64,000 nt of DNA from Paraspadella gotoi (taxonomy: Eukaryota > Animalia > Chaetognatha), in contig CM119263.1 of the NCBI GenBank assembly GCA_051294375.1, forward strand, positions 7,798,635-7,862,634. The letters run 5' to 3'. This document shows, in pieces, positions 13,301 through 27,444 of this stretch. Under the pieces are notes generated by a model. It did not search any database and was not told the origin of the DNA. It was given only the letters and a program-made list of their open reading frames with translations. Positions within the stretch are counted from its first letter, which is position 1. Each line of letters opens with the position of its first letter. A program made the translations under genes and the position numbers.

Positions 13301-15239
13301 AGAGAGAGAGCTGGAGCAGGGTGACTGTGAAGAGTTCAAGTTTTATCGGCCTACGTCGAGAGAGACGAGATGAAGAGAGAGAGAGAGTAGAGGATAGAGG
13401 TAGAGGGAGAAGTATGAAGAAGAGAGAAGTATGCGAGAGACGAGCAGGAGGCTAGAGCATGTATTATGAATATTGATGCTAACGGGCAGTCATACGATAG
13501 GTTTCCCTGCGTATGCTATAGATTTACATATTAAGAACGCTTTTGGGCTTTAATTTTAGAAAATATATATCCTTGACAAATATTATGCGAAGTTCACACC
13601 CTGTAAAGGTGATGAGATAAAGTTTTTAAGTGAATGACAAACTAAGTCAACACCGCGTTTATCCGCTACTGTTTCTCTCTGGTAAGCGAAGAAGTAAAAT
13701 CACGCGAAAGAGGCATCACACAGGGAGGCTCGGAGCAGTCCAGTAGATGAAACGTTGGACGAAGCGAAGATTATGGCGAACCGACGGGACGGACGACCCG
13801 CCGATTCTCATGTGCCGTGTTCCACGATATCGGGAAAGGAGGCGTGTCCAGGCGATGAGCCGGAGAGGGCGGAGAAAATCACCGAGGTTGCCGTGAGGTA
13901 TGCAAAGAAAAGAGTACTGCGGAAAAGTAGAATTTGGGGAAAAAATGTAATTATTATATCCGGTTTAGCGGCCGCCTATCGTAATCATTAACAGCCCTTT
14001 CATAAAGGACTCATATTTCATGAATCTGGAAGCCTTGTGTGTGCGCTATATTGAAATGGTAGCGAGTACGAGATTGGAAGCTAATGAGAATAACGTGAGC
14101 TATCAGGTAGAGGTAAAAGACCACTGACTATGGTGCGGGGTACTTTGGCCCGAGGCCAAGGGTGGACAAGATACGGTCGAAACAGGAAAGCATATGGAAG
14201 ATGACGGAGCCGGAGAGCCTGACGCCGTGCCAAAGGTAAGGGTTATGCCTGACTAGAAGCCTAGGCGGGCCGGTTTCAATTTGACCGAGAGTCTAATGCG
14301 CTGCTATCTGTTCCTGTCGAGTGCGAAAGAGGACATTCCGATCAAACCTTTATACAACTACACAACTATTGCTCTGTTTCTTCTTCGTCTGGCAGATAAT
14401 CGTATTGCTAAATATCTGCAGTTCTGTTTTTTTATGGGCATTGGGAGAAGAGAAGAAGAAGGAGAGAGTGGAGGAGAGTGAGGGACGTGCAAATCAGAGA
14501 GTGAATATCTATACGTAAAACGAAAGCAGAGACGGGAGAATGGAGAGGAGAAGAGAGGAGAGAGAGTAATGAGCAGAGAAGTCAGAAAGAGGGAGATACG
14601 TGATGAGCGGTAGTAAGAATGAATTAGAGAGAGTAGAGAGCTGCCAGAGTGTGTTCCGGGCAAGACTTTCATTAAGAAGAAATAGACAAAAGAGGAAAGA
14701 GAGCAGACAGAAGAAAGAGAGGAGAGAAAGATGAGAGAGAGAGAAGGAGAGAAGAGAGAAGAGAGGAAGAGATTAGAGAGAGAGATGATGAGTCGCGAAC
14801 ACGAGAAGAGAAGAGAGTAGAGTTGAGGAGAGACAGAGTAAGAGAAGAAAGAGGATCACGTAAAGAGTGGAGAGCAGGAGAGATATACTCAAGGAGAGGA
14901 GGAAGAGAGATCGAGAGAGCAGAGGAGAAAATATACACAATAATCGGATCACACGACAACAATAAACAAAAGATGACAAAGAGGATTGTTGCCTTAGTCT
15001 ACGAGGATGCGGTGTAGAGATAATTGAATGAATAGAGGAGCTACGCCACGGACGGCGTTAGCATGCATACTAGAGTCGTGTACCATACGTCCAGCGTAGC
15101 AATTCAAAGTGAGTGGTTTTCAAAACACCTTCATTCTATTCTTCTTCTCGTTTATTGTTCGTCTACTGAAATAATTGAGGAGTGAAAATCAGAACATGAG
15201 AAAAACAAAGTAAAAGTGATCTTGAAATTCAGGAGGAAT

Positions 15240-17085
15240 GGTTCGGCGGGAAGGCCGATTTCCAACCTTTGGCTTTATTAGTCTGCTTTTTGTTTTTTCC
15301 ATACATAGACATTCACGAAAGATTAAAACAGTACAGGCGAGATTTATTATAAACCGAGCGTAGCTCGTCGTCCGTGCGATTAATTGGTTTTATGATTTTA
15401 AGAAATTTAAAAAAAAATAGAATTAGTTCATAACATTTTTATTCATGAGGCCATTTAACGTGTAGTGTCTCTTTTCCTTTCGGTGTGATTTTAATAAAAG
15501 TTTAGTTTTTTACTGCTTACTGTCTTTTTATTTTTTACTGTTTTATATTTTTCGGTTTAAAAATTTGATTTTTGAATACGTTCTTGAACGTTATGATTTT
15601 TATTAGTTTCTTCTATGAATTAGTCATAACATTTTATTCATGGAGTCCATTTTAAACGTTAGTTGTCCTTTTGTTTCGTTGAATTTTAATTGTTTAGTTT
15701 TTTACTTTGCTTACGTCTTCTAGTCTTTACACTGATCTGTTTCTGATTTTTCATACTGTTTTTGGTATTATTTAAAAAAAAATTAATGAAAAAAACAGAC
15801 CGAGGTCAAATTTATAAAATTCAAAGGAAAGAAATAAGATAATAGAATCGGTCAGAAAGAGGAGAAAGCAAACGAGGACCGCTGTGAAAAAAATAGTAAA
15901 ATGTGTGGCGAAGTCTGGAGTTGGACGCGACGAAGACCCACGACGGAACCAGTCATCCTTGATATTGTGGCCAGAGTTCCGCCATGGTGAAATTTTTCAT
16001 GGGCCGTCATCCGTCTGGGGGGATAAAATTATCCTTCCTTCGATTCTCAATGAACGATACTCTGGTCCAGTTTATCGCGCCCAGACCACTCATCCATCGG
16101 TCCGCCCCGAAATCCGGGCGAGTGAGGGCAAGAGATTAGCAGGCTGACGATAGCGAAATGAGGTAAACCGATTTCGAGTGAGGCAAGGGATAGCGGAGTG
16201 AGGCAAAGAGATTAGCGAGCAGGCAACGTATTTCGAATGAAAAACGGTGAGGATCGAAAAACGAAATCGAGGTGAAAAAATAATCAACGTGCATCTCCGA
16301 TTCTAACGGACGGAATCCTTCGTTAAGACATTATCGCGTTAACTATCAGGCGAATAAATGGAATCGAACTTTTATCATAATCGAATCCGAATACACAAAT
16401 TTCAATCCCGATTCTGCGTCTCGAGAATAACTTTTTATCCGAGCTCGTCTACCCGACGCTAACCAAAACAGAACAGGGAGTTAACGCGACAAAAAGAGCA
16501 TCATCAAACGAAAAAATTGATAGCAAAACGAAAAAAAAAAAAAAAACGAAAAAAAACAAAAGGATTGTCGCCTTTGGTTTTTTTTTTTTAAAGGTTTTCG
16601 CCTTTTAGTTTCCTCGGCATAACTATATTTGTAACTAAACGAAAAGAATTAAAATGAAAGCAGAAATAGCGATTATCAATTCGCAAACAGATATTTATCC
16701 GAAAATGACAGCTTTTTTTCTGGCCTAAGACGGGATTAGAAAAAAACAACAACCATCACCAAGTTATAGAAATCGTTCATTATTGTAAGTTTTATAGTGA
16801 GTTTGATCATACGTAATCTAATCTTTAACTTTTTTTATAAAAAATATGTTTTCAATTCCATATTCTTTTGATTAACGTTTCACATATCTAAGTTCTGAAT
16901 GCCTCTCTTTTCTCTTCACGGATATTATGGGGTGTCAGCGTGTGCTTTAAAACTCTCAAACGAATTCCTTTACTTAAAATCTTTCGACTCAACTTTTTTT
17001 TTAGTTCAGAATAAGTTAAACAAAGTTAAAAACTGAGATATCGCAGGCTCCTCTTTGTCACCTTTGTTTCTTATCTTGTCTGTCC

Positions 17086-17146
<61 letters not shown>

Positions 17147-19880
17147 CTCTCTTCTCTCTCCTCATTTCTTCTCTCTCTCTCTTCTCTTTTCAGGCTCATG
17201 GTTCTTCCCTCCTGAACATTATCAGCGTTTCATAGCCCTTGGATGCCCGTCGGTGCCCAAAACCGAAATGCCCCAATGGATGCCATAATAGGTGATTTCC
17301 TGCACAATGTTGAATGAGTGGGGGAGAAGGGTGGGAGAGATCCGTGTTTGCCGCGCAATTCTCCGCTTCGACCTCGCCGCTCCGAGCGGCGGGGAGAGCG
17401 ACCGTTTCGTTGTTCAATCTTGGATTTCGTCGTCTCGTCGTCGTCGGTCGTCGTAGTCGTGTAACGAGTCCTCTTTATTTCAGCTTCTATTGTCGTCGTT
17501 TTCTTCGTCGCAATTGTCATTTGCTGTCCTCATCGTCATGGACAGTTATTAACGTTTTTTAATAAGTTAATTAATATTATCAATATTTATGTATTATTTA
17601 AGTTAATTTATTTAAGTAAGCAAATATATTTATGTGATTTTTCATTTCTTACTCTTAGCTGAAATCAGTACATTAATCATTGTCTTCGCCTTGTCATCGT
17701 TGTCATTGTCATTCTAATGTAATTATCATTTTCATAAAAGTTAGGTCGTCATTTAGTCGTCATCATAGTAACATAGGTAGTCGTCGTCGTGGTCGTCCCG
17801 TCATTGTCGTCGTTTTGTTGATAAAAAAAAAATCGGATTTTGTCAAAAATCCGGCGAATGAAGTTTGATTCGATTTCCCGCCCTTCCCCCTCGGTCCGGG
17901 GCGGCAGAGGCCGCACAGCCTTTTCCGCAACGGCAGCGCTGTGGCAAGCAGCCTCAGGGAGCAGCAAATCCAGACGCGGCGGTCGAAAAAACGCAACACA
18001 TAGATAATTGTTTTGTTTGTTAAGAATGCAATCTTTTCCTTTCTTTTTGCTCCGTCGTCGCCACTTCGGTCGCGGAAAGGCTCTTAGTCCGAGGGAGAGA
18101 GAGAGAGAAAACCGAGAGAGAGAGAGAAAGAGAGAGAAGAGTGAGAAAACGGAGTTACCTCAGATGCTCCAAACATCTGTTGATATTCTGAGCAGATAAA
18201 AAGACAAAAAAAAGATAAAAAGGACAAGATTACTTATTAAAGAGGAGGATAAAGAAGAGGAGGAGGAGGAGGAGGGAGTTTCCGTCCGAAGAAGAAAAAT
18301 CGTAGGAGACGAGTAAGCGATTTTAAATAAATGTCAAATCTTTTTTAATACAAAAAAAAGTTATTGGACAACCTCATGATTAAATTTGAATGAGTTGAAA
18401 ATATTAAAACAATATTAACAACATCCATCAATATTTAAAATCTAAAAAAAATACTTTCGAGCCTTGTGGGTTAACTCCTCCTCATCACAGAACCTTAAAA
18501 AAGATTGTAACCTAATTTCGAACTCAGTTACGATAAAATTTAATGTGCGAAAATTTGATTTGATATTCTTGCCAGCCTCCACTCGCTCGCAAGACAACGC
18601 CCGTGTTGTTTGTAATCAACAATCATGAAAATTCCTTGCCGTTTTTTTATTTTTACGGAGGGGGGGGGCAAGGTTCCTATAAATTCCGTGCTCGAATGTC
18701 GCGGTATAAGAAGTCGAGAGAGCATTTTCCTTGCGTGTTTGTTGATTTCTGTTATAGAAAAATAATTGAAAGAAAAAAAAGAAGACGTTGCGGAAGAGTG
18801 CGATCGTCGCCCCACAGTAATCAACAATCATCGACGAATCACAAAGATGCCTTTCTTCTTATAACGAAATTCTCTCCGACGATTATGCCATTATTGAGGC
18901 CGTTTTAAAGTCTTAAGCGGGGCGCCGATCATAAATAGAGGCGATGAAGAAGGAAGCCAACCAACTCGCTGGAGGCGAGAAGGAGTATGTTTGTTTTATG
19001 AATGATAGGTCGGTGAGATTGAAAGGGTAATAGGCGAGAGAGGATGAAGGGTGAGGGGGGTTTGAGAAGAGGACGGAGGATTGAGAAAAAGTGGTATATT
19101 GGTCAAAGGCTAACGATGCTGTTTTTAGGGTCGGTGTGGTCACTGGTCACCTGGTCACGCGTTACACAACCCAGACAATTTTTTCACTTTTGAAAATTTT
19201 GCTCTGCAGGTCAAACGAAAAAAAAAAAGACCGTGAACGGTGAATGAGAGAAAGACACGAAAGTTAAACAAAGAGTGAGAGCAGTGAGAGCAAGAGAGAA
19301 ACTTAGACAAAGACAGAGATGAGAGGGAGAAGACTAGTTAGTTGTCCCTTTTGGGTCAGTCTGACCACCTCCCTCTCGAACCTTGGACCGCGACTCTTTG
19401 AACTGAATCAATTTCCATTCGTTTCTTTCAACAACAAAATTTTATTTCCAATTTTTTCACGTCCAAGTTCCAAGTTTTTCTTCTTTTCCGTAATCGATCG
19501 GGTTCTCCCCCTCGAGGTCTCTCGACCTTCCCCCCCTTATCACCGCCCCCTCCTCCCCGCCCCCCCTGGAACGACCCCCACATTCCCTCATACTGACCTC
19601 CCCACCCTCTCCTCCCACGGCCCCAGGCCGATGCACTTCTCTTACCGGATTCGAAATTTATTTAACCCTCGTCCATCTCCGGTCTCAATATTACGCCAAA
19701 CGCTGGATTGCAATATCGAACGAACGACGACGACGACGACGACAGCGACGAAGACTAGCGACGAACGTGCGCGCGAACGACGATTGACGTCGGTAACTGA
19801 CCACGCTCCGAGTCTTCCGCCGAAAATCTTAACGCGGGTCGCGTTCTGTGGGTCATCCCATTTCAATTTGACCCCTTTCT
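15240..19880 (+). repeat. Indel-rich direct copy of ~2810-7554
   Basis: Collinear shared landmarks (AGTGAGGCAAGGGATAG, TGGTCACTGGTCAC, TTGACCCCTTTCT); becomes progressively noisier upstream of 15240. Confidence 0.95.
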
Positions 19881-20137
19881 CGCGTTATGGGCAAACTGAA
19901 GCGGCGGCCGCTGTCAACGTTTCGCTGACCGGGTATGAGAGAGATGAGAGAGAAGAGAGGCAAGAGAGAGAAGAGAGAGAGAAGAGAGAGGAGAGANNNN
20001 NNNNNNNNNNNNNNNNNNNNNCGCGTTATGGGCAAACTGAAGCGGCGGCCGCTGTCAACGTTTCGCTGACCGGGATGAGAGGAGGATGAGAGGAGAAGAG
20101 AGGATAGCAAGAAGAGAGAGAGACGAGGAGAGAAGAG

Positions 20138-20169
<32 letters not shown>

Positions 20170-20932
20170 TATGATTCATAGCGATCGCGTCCCGGCCCAT
20201 TGACGGCTCGCTCGCATAACCCCAAGCCCTCATGGACCGCAGTCCCGTAGATCGAGGGATTCGTTAGACGATTCCGCCTCTGTCAAGGAATTTTAATGTA
20301 CGCGCAACGAGACGAGCGGGTCTCTCCCCCCCCTTTTTCCTCTCCCTCCCGCCCCCAATATACCACCTCATGGGCTCCCTGGTTCAACATGCCTCACTTC
20401 TGTCTAAATTCTCTCTCGTGCTCGCATTATATTATTACTTATGATTATATTATATTATTATTTATATTATATATATTTATATATATATATTATATACTAT
20501 CTGGTAACCCTATTTAATTATCATCAACCTTCTTTTCCCTCCAATTCAGAAAAAAAAATTAACGGTACTTGTATAACAAACTGCCAGGGATCATCGCCCG
20601 TTCCCCTCCTTCTTAAAAAAATTAACCAAAATGACCCAAAACTGAGTAGTCGGTTGGTAGTGAGCTACTTTTCTCACCATTTTTTTCCAAAAAATTGCTG
20701 GTAAAAACGTTTTTTTTCATTTTTTTTTCAATAATCATCGCACGGCGAAAAACGTTCTCCTTGCGAAGCGAAAAAAATTTCCGCATACAAAACCTTAATT
20801 CGTTTTTTAGGAAACAATTTTTTTTTTTTTCGCGCCAAGGCGAGATAGCCCTGCTCGAGATCTTTGGCTCGATTATGTTGAGCAAATAACTCGTATTCAA
20901 AGAACTTTTTTTCCTGCTCTCTCTCTTCTCGA

Positions 20933-20995
<63 letters not shown>

Positions 20996-21149
20996 CTCTA
21001 GATCCCCGGATTTGAAATCCCTATGAAACAGTTTTTCATATTCCTTTTTTTTCCTCCTTCACTCCTTCCTTCCTTTCTTTCTTCTTTACTTGATATCTGC
21101 CATTCCTTCTTTTCCTCATTCCTAATTTTCTCGTCTTATTTTTTAATTT

Positions 21150-21254
21150 TTCCTTTTCTTTCTTTCTTTCTTTCTTTCTTCTTTCTTTCTTTCTTTCTTC
21201 TTTCTTCTTTCTTTCTTCTTTATTTCTTTCTTTCTTTCTTTCTTTTCTATTTCT

Positions 21255-21293
<39 letters not shown>

Positions 21294-21470
21294 CTTATTC
21301 TTCTTTCTTTCTTTCTTTCTTCTCTCAATTTTTTTCTTCTCTTTTCTTCATTTATTGTTCCACCATCCCTCCTTCTTCCTTCCTTCCTTTTTTCCTTCCT
21401 TCCTTCCTTCCTTCCTTCCTTCCTTCCTCTTCCTTCCTTCCTTCCCTTCCTTCCTTCCTTCCTTCCTTTC
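21150..21470 (+). repeat. (TTTC)n/(TTCC)n tetranucleotide microsatellite
   Basis: Direct reading. Confidence 0.95.
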
Positions 21471-21844
21471 TGTCGTCGAGAAGAGGAACCAGCAGGGGAA
21501 AAAAAAAGATGAGATCCCATCTGTTGCATAGTTTTTAAATTAATCGAACTCGACTCTCTCTCTCTCTCTCTCTCTCCTCTCTCTCCTCTCTCTCTCCTCT
21601 CTCGTCTCTTCTCTCTCTCTCTCTCTCTCTCTTCTTATTTCTTGTGTTTTTAAAAATTAGCTATGTTTCACCACAACAAAAAGTTTTTTTTTGGTTTGGG
21701 TGAAACGAATCGACCCTACAAAAAATCGAGGAGAGACCTTGCCTTCGCCGATGAGAGTAATAACGCAGTTTTAATCTGTTATTTAAACCTTTATTTAAAA
21801 AAAGGGAAAAAATTAAAAAGAAAGAGACAAAGCAAGGACTCTAG

Positions 21845-21871
21845 TAATAATAAATAATAATAATGATCAAT

Positions 21872-21909
<38 letters not shown>

Positions 21910-21965
21910 TAATAATAAATAATATTATAATAATAATAGATAATATAATAATAATATTATGATAA
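21845..21965 (+). repeat. (AAT)n microsatellite
   Basis: Direct reading. Confidence 0.95.
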
Positions 21966-22503
21966 GAATAGTGATTGTATTAATGAAATCTAAAGATGTA
22001 TTATATCAATTGGTATCAATGGTCAATAGTTTAGTAATATTTCAATTAACAAATAATAAAAACTTAAGACCCCGCAGAGGGGCCGTCACACTCCCCCCCC
22101 CCCCAATGGCTTCCGACTCCCCGCCAAGACTCTGATGGGAACTCGGTTCGATCTGTCGGTCGGTCGATCTTTCGTCGGCGAAAATAACATGATCGGTCGG
22201 TCGGTCTCTCCCCGCTCTGGACGCGACGAGGATTTTGAAGGAGAAGCGACGGGAATGAAGGGAATTCCAGGACTTCATCGTCGTGATCGTGCGTTCGCGA
22301 TCGTCGTCGCGATTCGTCGTGTGATCGTCGAACGTGATCGTCGTCGTAACGTCGCGTGATGCGTCATTTCATACCTCCTCATCATCATCACCATCCGGAA
22401 AGTCGCCATTTCACGAAATCCCAACTGACCATCTGGACCTCTCTCTCTCCTCTCTCTCTCTCTCTTCTCTCTCTTCTCTTTATCTCTCCTCTCTCTCTCT
22501 CTG

Positions 22504-22570
<67 letters not shown>

Positions 22571-23010
22571 TTCTCTTCATCTTTCTCTTCCTTTCTCTTT
22601 CTCTCTTGACTCTTTTTATTCTAGTCCATGAAATGTTCGATTTGCATTTTTTATGTACGCAAATTATTACAGTCTCGATTAGTATTTAACCAAAGATAGA
22701 AAAATAAAAAAACTTATTAGTAAATTCGTATCGTAAAAGTGTAGCTTTTTATTTATTTTTTTTGTTTTAAAAGAAAAAAAGATATGAAAAGAAAAATTAG
22801 ATCAATACGATAGAAAAAGAAATAAGAGAAAATAGAGAAAGAGAGAGAGAGAACGAGAGACAGAAGAGAGAACAATTCCCCCCCCCCTAAAATTTTGAAG
22901 CCCGGATCTAAGCATTGTTTGCTCGCTCGTGTTGAGAGGCCGTAAACAATCAGGGGGGGGTTTGAGGATTTTTTCGTCGGTGACCGATTCCCTGTTTCAC
23001 TGTCTCTCTC

Positions 23011-23046
<36 letters not shown>

Positions 23047-23267
23047 TCTCATCTCTCTCTTCTCTCTCTCTCTCTCGCCTCGCCTTGGTGTTGGGCAGAA
23101 CTCTGGGTCATCAACAAAAGGAATGCCGTCCACCCTTCGGAAAGGGTTCTCGCTGGCTTCCGCCCTCCCCGCCGGGACGCCTCGTGTTTTTTTCCATTGC
23201 ATGTCGCGGCAAAGTCGTCGTTGTTGGCGTCGCCGAATCCGCAAATCCCATTGACGATTTGGGGACA

Positions 23268-23325
<58 letters not shown>

Positions 23326-25655
23326 AGAGAAAGAGAGAGAGAGGAGAGAGACCAGGAGAGGAGAGAGACAGACGAGAGAGAGAGACGAGAGAGAGAAATA
23401 TGTCGTGCCTTTTTTTGTAGTAAATAGATGAGCGAGGACGAAAGAGAAGAGAAGGAGAAAGAAGAATCGCCCCCCCCACTATCTTTGAAGACGTCGTTAA
23501 AGTGAGACGATTTATGTTCCTTAAATTCGATGTTCACTTTGAGACGAGATCGGATTTTTATTCTTTGTTTCACGGCGATTTCTCTGTGACGCCCCCCCGT
23601 GGTCACGCGACTCCTGCTGGTGACTCCGCCGCCTTCGGATCGAAAAAAAATTTATGTACTGAATAGGTGCTGAGGCTTAAAGGTGGCCGGAGCCAAAGCT
23701 TGCGGGTGCAGACAAAAATCCGACTTTGCTAATGCGCTAGACTTAAAGATTCGGAAAATTGCCCTCAAAACTATGGCAAGTTTTTTCCACTCCAAACTAC
23801 TAATAAATCCGTAATAATCTTCTTAAGATTTGTTCTCTTAGTTGAGAGTCAGTTTAATGAAGCCAACCTCAGTTACCCTTTGTCTATATATGTTAAAAAC
23901 TAAAAATACTAAAAATATAACAAATTATATGAACAAGAGCCCAATTTTTTCTTCTCTATTTTGAACTCAAATTCTTGGGCTTTATCAGTGAGCTCAACAT
24001 CAGTCGTATTTTTTCTTCCAAGCTGTGACCAAAAAATGTCCCCAACTGCCTTATGTTGCCCCAGCAAAGTTCAAGGTAGATCAGAGTTAGATTTTTTTTT
24101 TCGGATTCTTAAAAACCTCTTCTTGTTCTTGGCGAAGGAAAAATACCGCAAGTAGGTTAGACTCTTAAGCGCAAATTTATGTCGGTTTTTCAGTCGCATT
24201 ATTGTCGGTTCGAAGTCGATCTCAACGTCGGCTCGATTTTTCAGTCTGGTCAAATCATTTTTTATCTCTGAATATATTTTTCACCCCCTAATTTAGATAA
24301 AATGGATCGTTTAATCTTTTCCCCTTTGTGCGCGCCGATTAATTAGCGAAGCCGAAGGGACCGAAGTAAACCCTCGTACCGCGCCGGTCGCGACGCTATG
24401 ACCGTTCACTTAAACAGGTTTCCGGCGTGAATATTTTTTCTTCGCAAGACGCTTGCAACCGAAGGAGCGATTCCTTAGAACCCCACCCCCCACTTCAGAA
24501 ACTTGCCCTCCGCCCCGATCCCCCCACCCCCCTGCCTTCCTCCTCTGACGGCAACGGAATGCGGTGGCATCGATCGACCGAATGATGGATCGCCTCTTTA
24601 TACGTCACAACTCAATCTTCCATTCAGAAGGTCGGGGATTCGTCTCTCGGACTCGAATGCAAACTCTGATTCGATTCGGGTGCAAAGTTGTTTTTTTTCC
24701 CCCCCCGAAAATCGCGATGTTCTTTTCTCATTTCTGGTCGCGGTTTTGTGGTAGGTTTTAACGGTCATGGGTACGTGAGTTATAAACTTAGTATTAATAT
24801 TTTTTTATTAATTAGGTTCATTATTCTTTAACTACCAAGACTTATTTTTTAATAAAATTTTAAAAAACACTGTCTGATCTTTTATTAAATAATATATATT
24901 ATCATTAATAACGTTAGTTATTATCTTTTAATTTTATATTCAACAGGACGGGCGAGATCGTTCCCGACCGACGTAACTGGCGAAATCGGGACAGGAAGGC
25001 GCACAAGGCAGTTTTTTGCCTTGATTCCATGTGAATAGCGATCTACAATCACCTTAATGGCCACCATGCGCGTTGGTATGCAGATTAAACAATCCGCTTC
25101 CCCGTTCCAGAGAGACACCCGATTTTTACGTAGATATGGAGCTGTAAAAAAATTTTTGCCCTTCATCAAGTCGAGCGACAGAAAATTCCGTTGCAGAAGG
25201 AAGCAAAATCGCTTTATTTTCTTCTTTTTTCTTTTTTTTCTTTTTTTCTTGTTGTAGGATGTGCAGCTCTGATTACGCGCGAAAAATTCGTGCAGATTGG
25301 CATCCGTGTGATTTCTGACATGATTTGATTAGAAAATAACAGGTTTTCGAAAAATTTTTTTTTTCAATCTTAGTCACGAACCGCGATATGTAATACTAGT
25401 TTGATTGGAATGACGAATAATAAATTACTAATGAACTCTTATCTTCTCTTCCTCGTCGTTCGTCATCCATAAATCTCGGAAACCATGGAGATCAATTGCC
25501 AGTGCAAAAAGAAATGATTGGGGCGTTTGTTTTTTTACCGGTAGGAGGAAAGGAGCCCATAATCACTATCCCATTTAACCGGCTTAACATTCGCAAAAAA
25601 AAAAGCAAACAAAAAAAACACATAAATACTCCTTCAGAGAGAGAGAGAGAGAGAG

Positions 25656-26732
25656 ATATGATTCATAGCGATCCGTCCCGGCCCCATGACGGCTCCTCGC
25701 ATAACCCCATAGCCCTCATGGACCCGCAGTCCCGTAGATCGAGGATTCGTAGACGATTCGCCTTCTGTCAAGGAATTTTAATTCCGCGCAAAGACGAGCG
25801 GGTCTCTCCCCCCCCTTTTTCCTCTCCCTCCCCCCCAAATCCAACCTCATGGCTCCTGGTTCAATCATCCTCACTTTCTAAATTCTCTGTCGCTCGCATT
25901 ATATTATATTATATTATATTATATTATATTATATTATATTATATTATATTATATACTATCTGGTAACCCTATTTAAATTATCATCAACCTTCTTTCCCCC
26001 ATTCAGAAAAAAGAAATTAACGGTTATTTTTAACAAACTGCCAGGGACATCGGCCCTTCCCCCTCCCTCTTAAAAAAATTAACCAAAAATGACCCAAACT
26101 GAGTAGTCGGTTGGTAGTGAGCTACTTTTCTCCAATTTTTTCCTAAAAAATTGCGGTAAAACGTTTTTTTCTTTTTTTTTTCATAATCATCGCCGGCGAA
26201 AAACGTCTCCTTCGAAGCGAAAAAAATTTCCGCATAAAAGAACCTTAATTCGTTTTTTAGGAAACCGNNNNNNNNNNNNNNNNNNNNNNNNNNNNNNNNN
26301 NNNNNNNNNNNNNNNNNNNNNNNNNNNNNNNNNNNNNNNNNNNNNNNNNNNNNNNNNNNNNNNNNNNNNNNNNNNNNNNNNNNNNNNNNNNNNNNNNNNN
26401 NNNNNNNNNNNNNNNNNNNNNNNNNNNNNNNNNNNNNNNNNNNNNNNNNNNNNNNNNNNNNNNNNNNNNNNNNNNNNNNNNNNNNNNNNNNNNNNNNNNN
26501 NNNNNNNNNNNNNNNNNNNNNNNNNNNNNNNNNNNNNNNNNNNNNNNNNNNNNNNNNNNNNNNNNNNNNNNNNNNNNNNNNNNNNNNNNNNNNNNNNNNN
26601 NNNNNNNNNNNNNCTTCCTTCCTTCCTTTCTTTCTTCTTTACTTGATATCTGCCATTTCCTCTTTTCCTCATTTCCTATTTTCTCGTCATTATTTTTTAA
26701 TTTTTCTTTTTCTTTCTTTCTTTCTTTCTTTC
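25656..26732 (+). repeat. Direct copy of ~20170-21200
   Basis: Both start GAGATATGATTCATAGCGATC and run collinearly into a TTTC tract; includes an N gap. Confidence 0.92.
25899..25953 (+). repeat. (ATATT)n pentanucleotide microsatellite
   Basis: Direct reading; degenerate counterpart at ~20428-20495. Confidence 0.9.
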
Positions 26733-26957
26733 NNNNNNNNNNNNNNNNNNNNNNNNNAGAGAGATGATAATGCCGAGATTAAAGTGAAAGAGTAGCAGAA
26801 AATGTGGCGCGTGGCCGGAAAAAAAAGGAGAAAGACAAAAGGAGAGAAAAGAGTGAAAAAGATTGAAAAGAAGAAAATGAGTGAAAAGAGAATCGAGACT
26901 GAAGTCTGAAGGTCCGAGGAAAATTCGAGAGCGGTTGGCTCAAAGGGGGAAAAAAGA

Positions 26958-26989
<32 letters not shown>

Positions 26990-27403
26990 CTCATTCTCTC
27001 TCGTCGTCATCTCTCTCTCTTCTTCTCTCTCCTCTCTATTTTACTTTTTTCTTTATTTTTTGTTGTGACGAAATCGAAGGTGATGAACCGACCAAGAACG
27101 ACCGAAATGATGACGACGACAGCCTCTATGACGGACATGAAAGAAAACTCAGTTTCAACGAGACTCGGAAAGGATTTTGAAAAGTTTGAAGAGACGGAAA
27201 GTGAATTCAGGAATTGCCGATATGGATGATAAATTAGGTCCACTTGAAGCAAATATACTATTTCGTTTAAAAATCATTAATATATCTAGGAAATGTAGGC
27301 ATTATACAATAGAAAATTTTCGTAAGGAATTTGAAGTATAGAACTAATAGTTACTTACTTTGATTGACACCACCACGTTCATAGTGTTCAATAAACTTTA
27401 GCT

Positions 27404-27444
<41 letters not shown>

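Noticed and set aside
19319-20089. 256-aa ORF
   Set aside because: Crosses an N gap and the frame is not preserved in the cleaner copy at 6660-7555.
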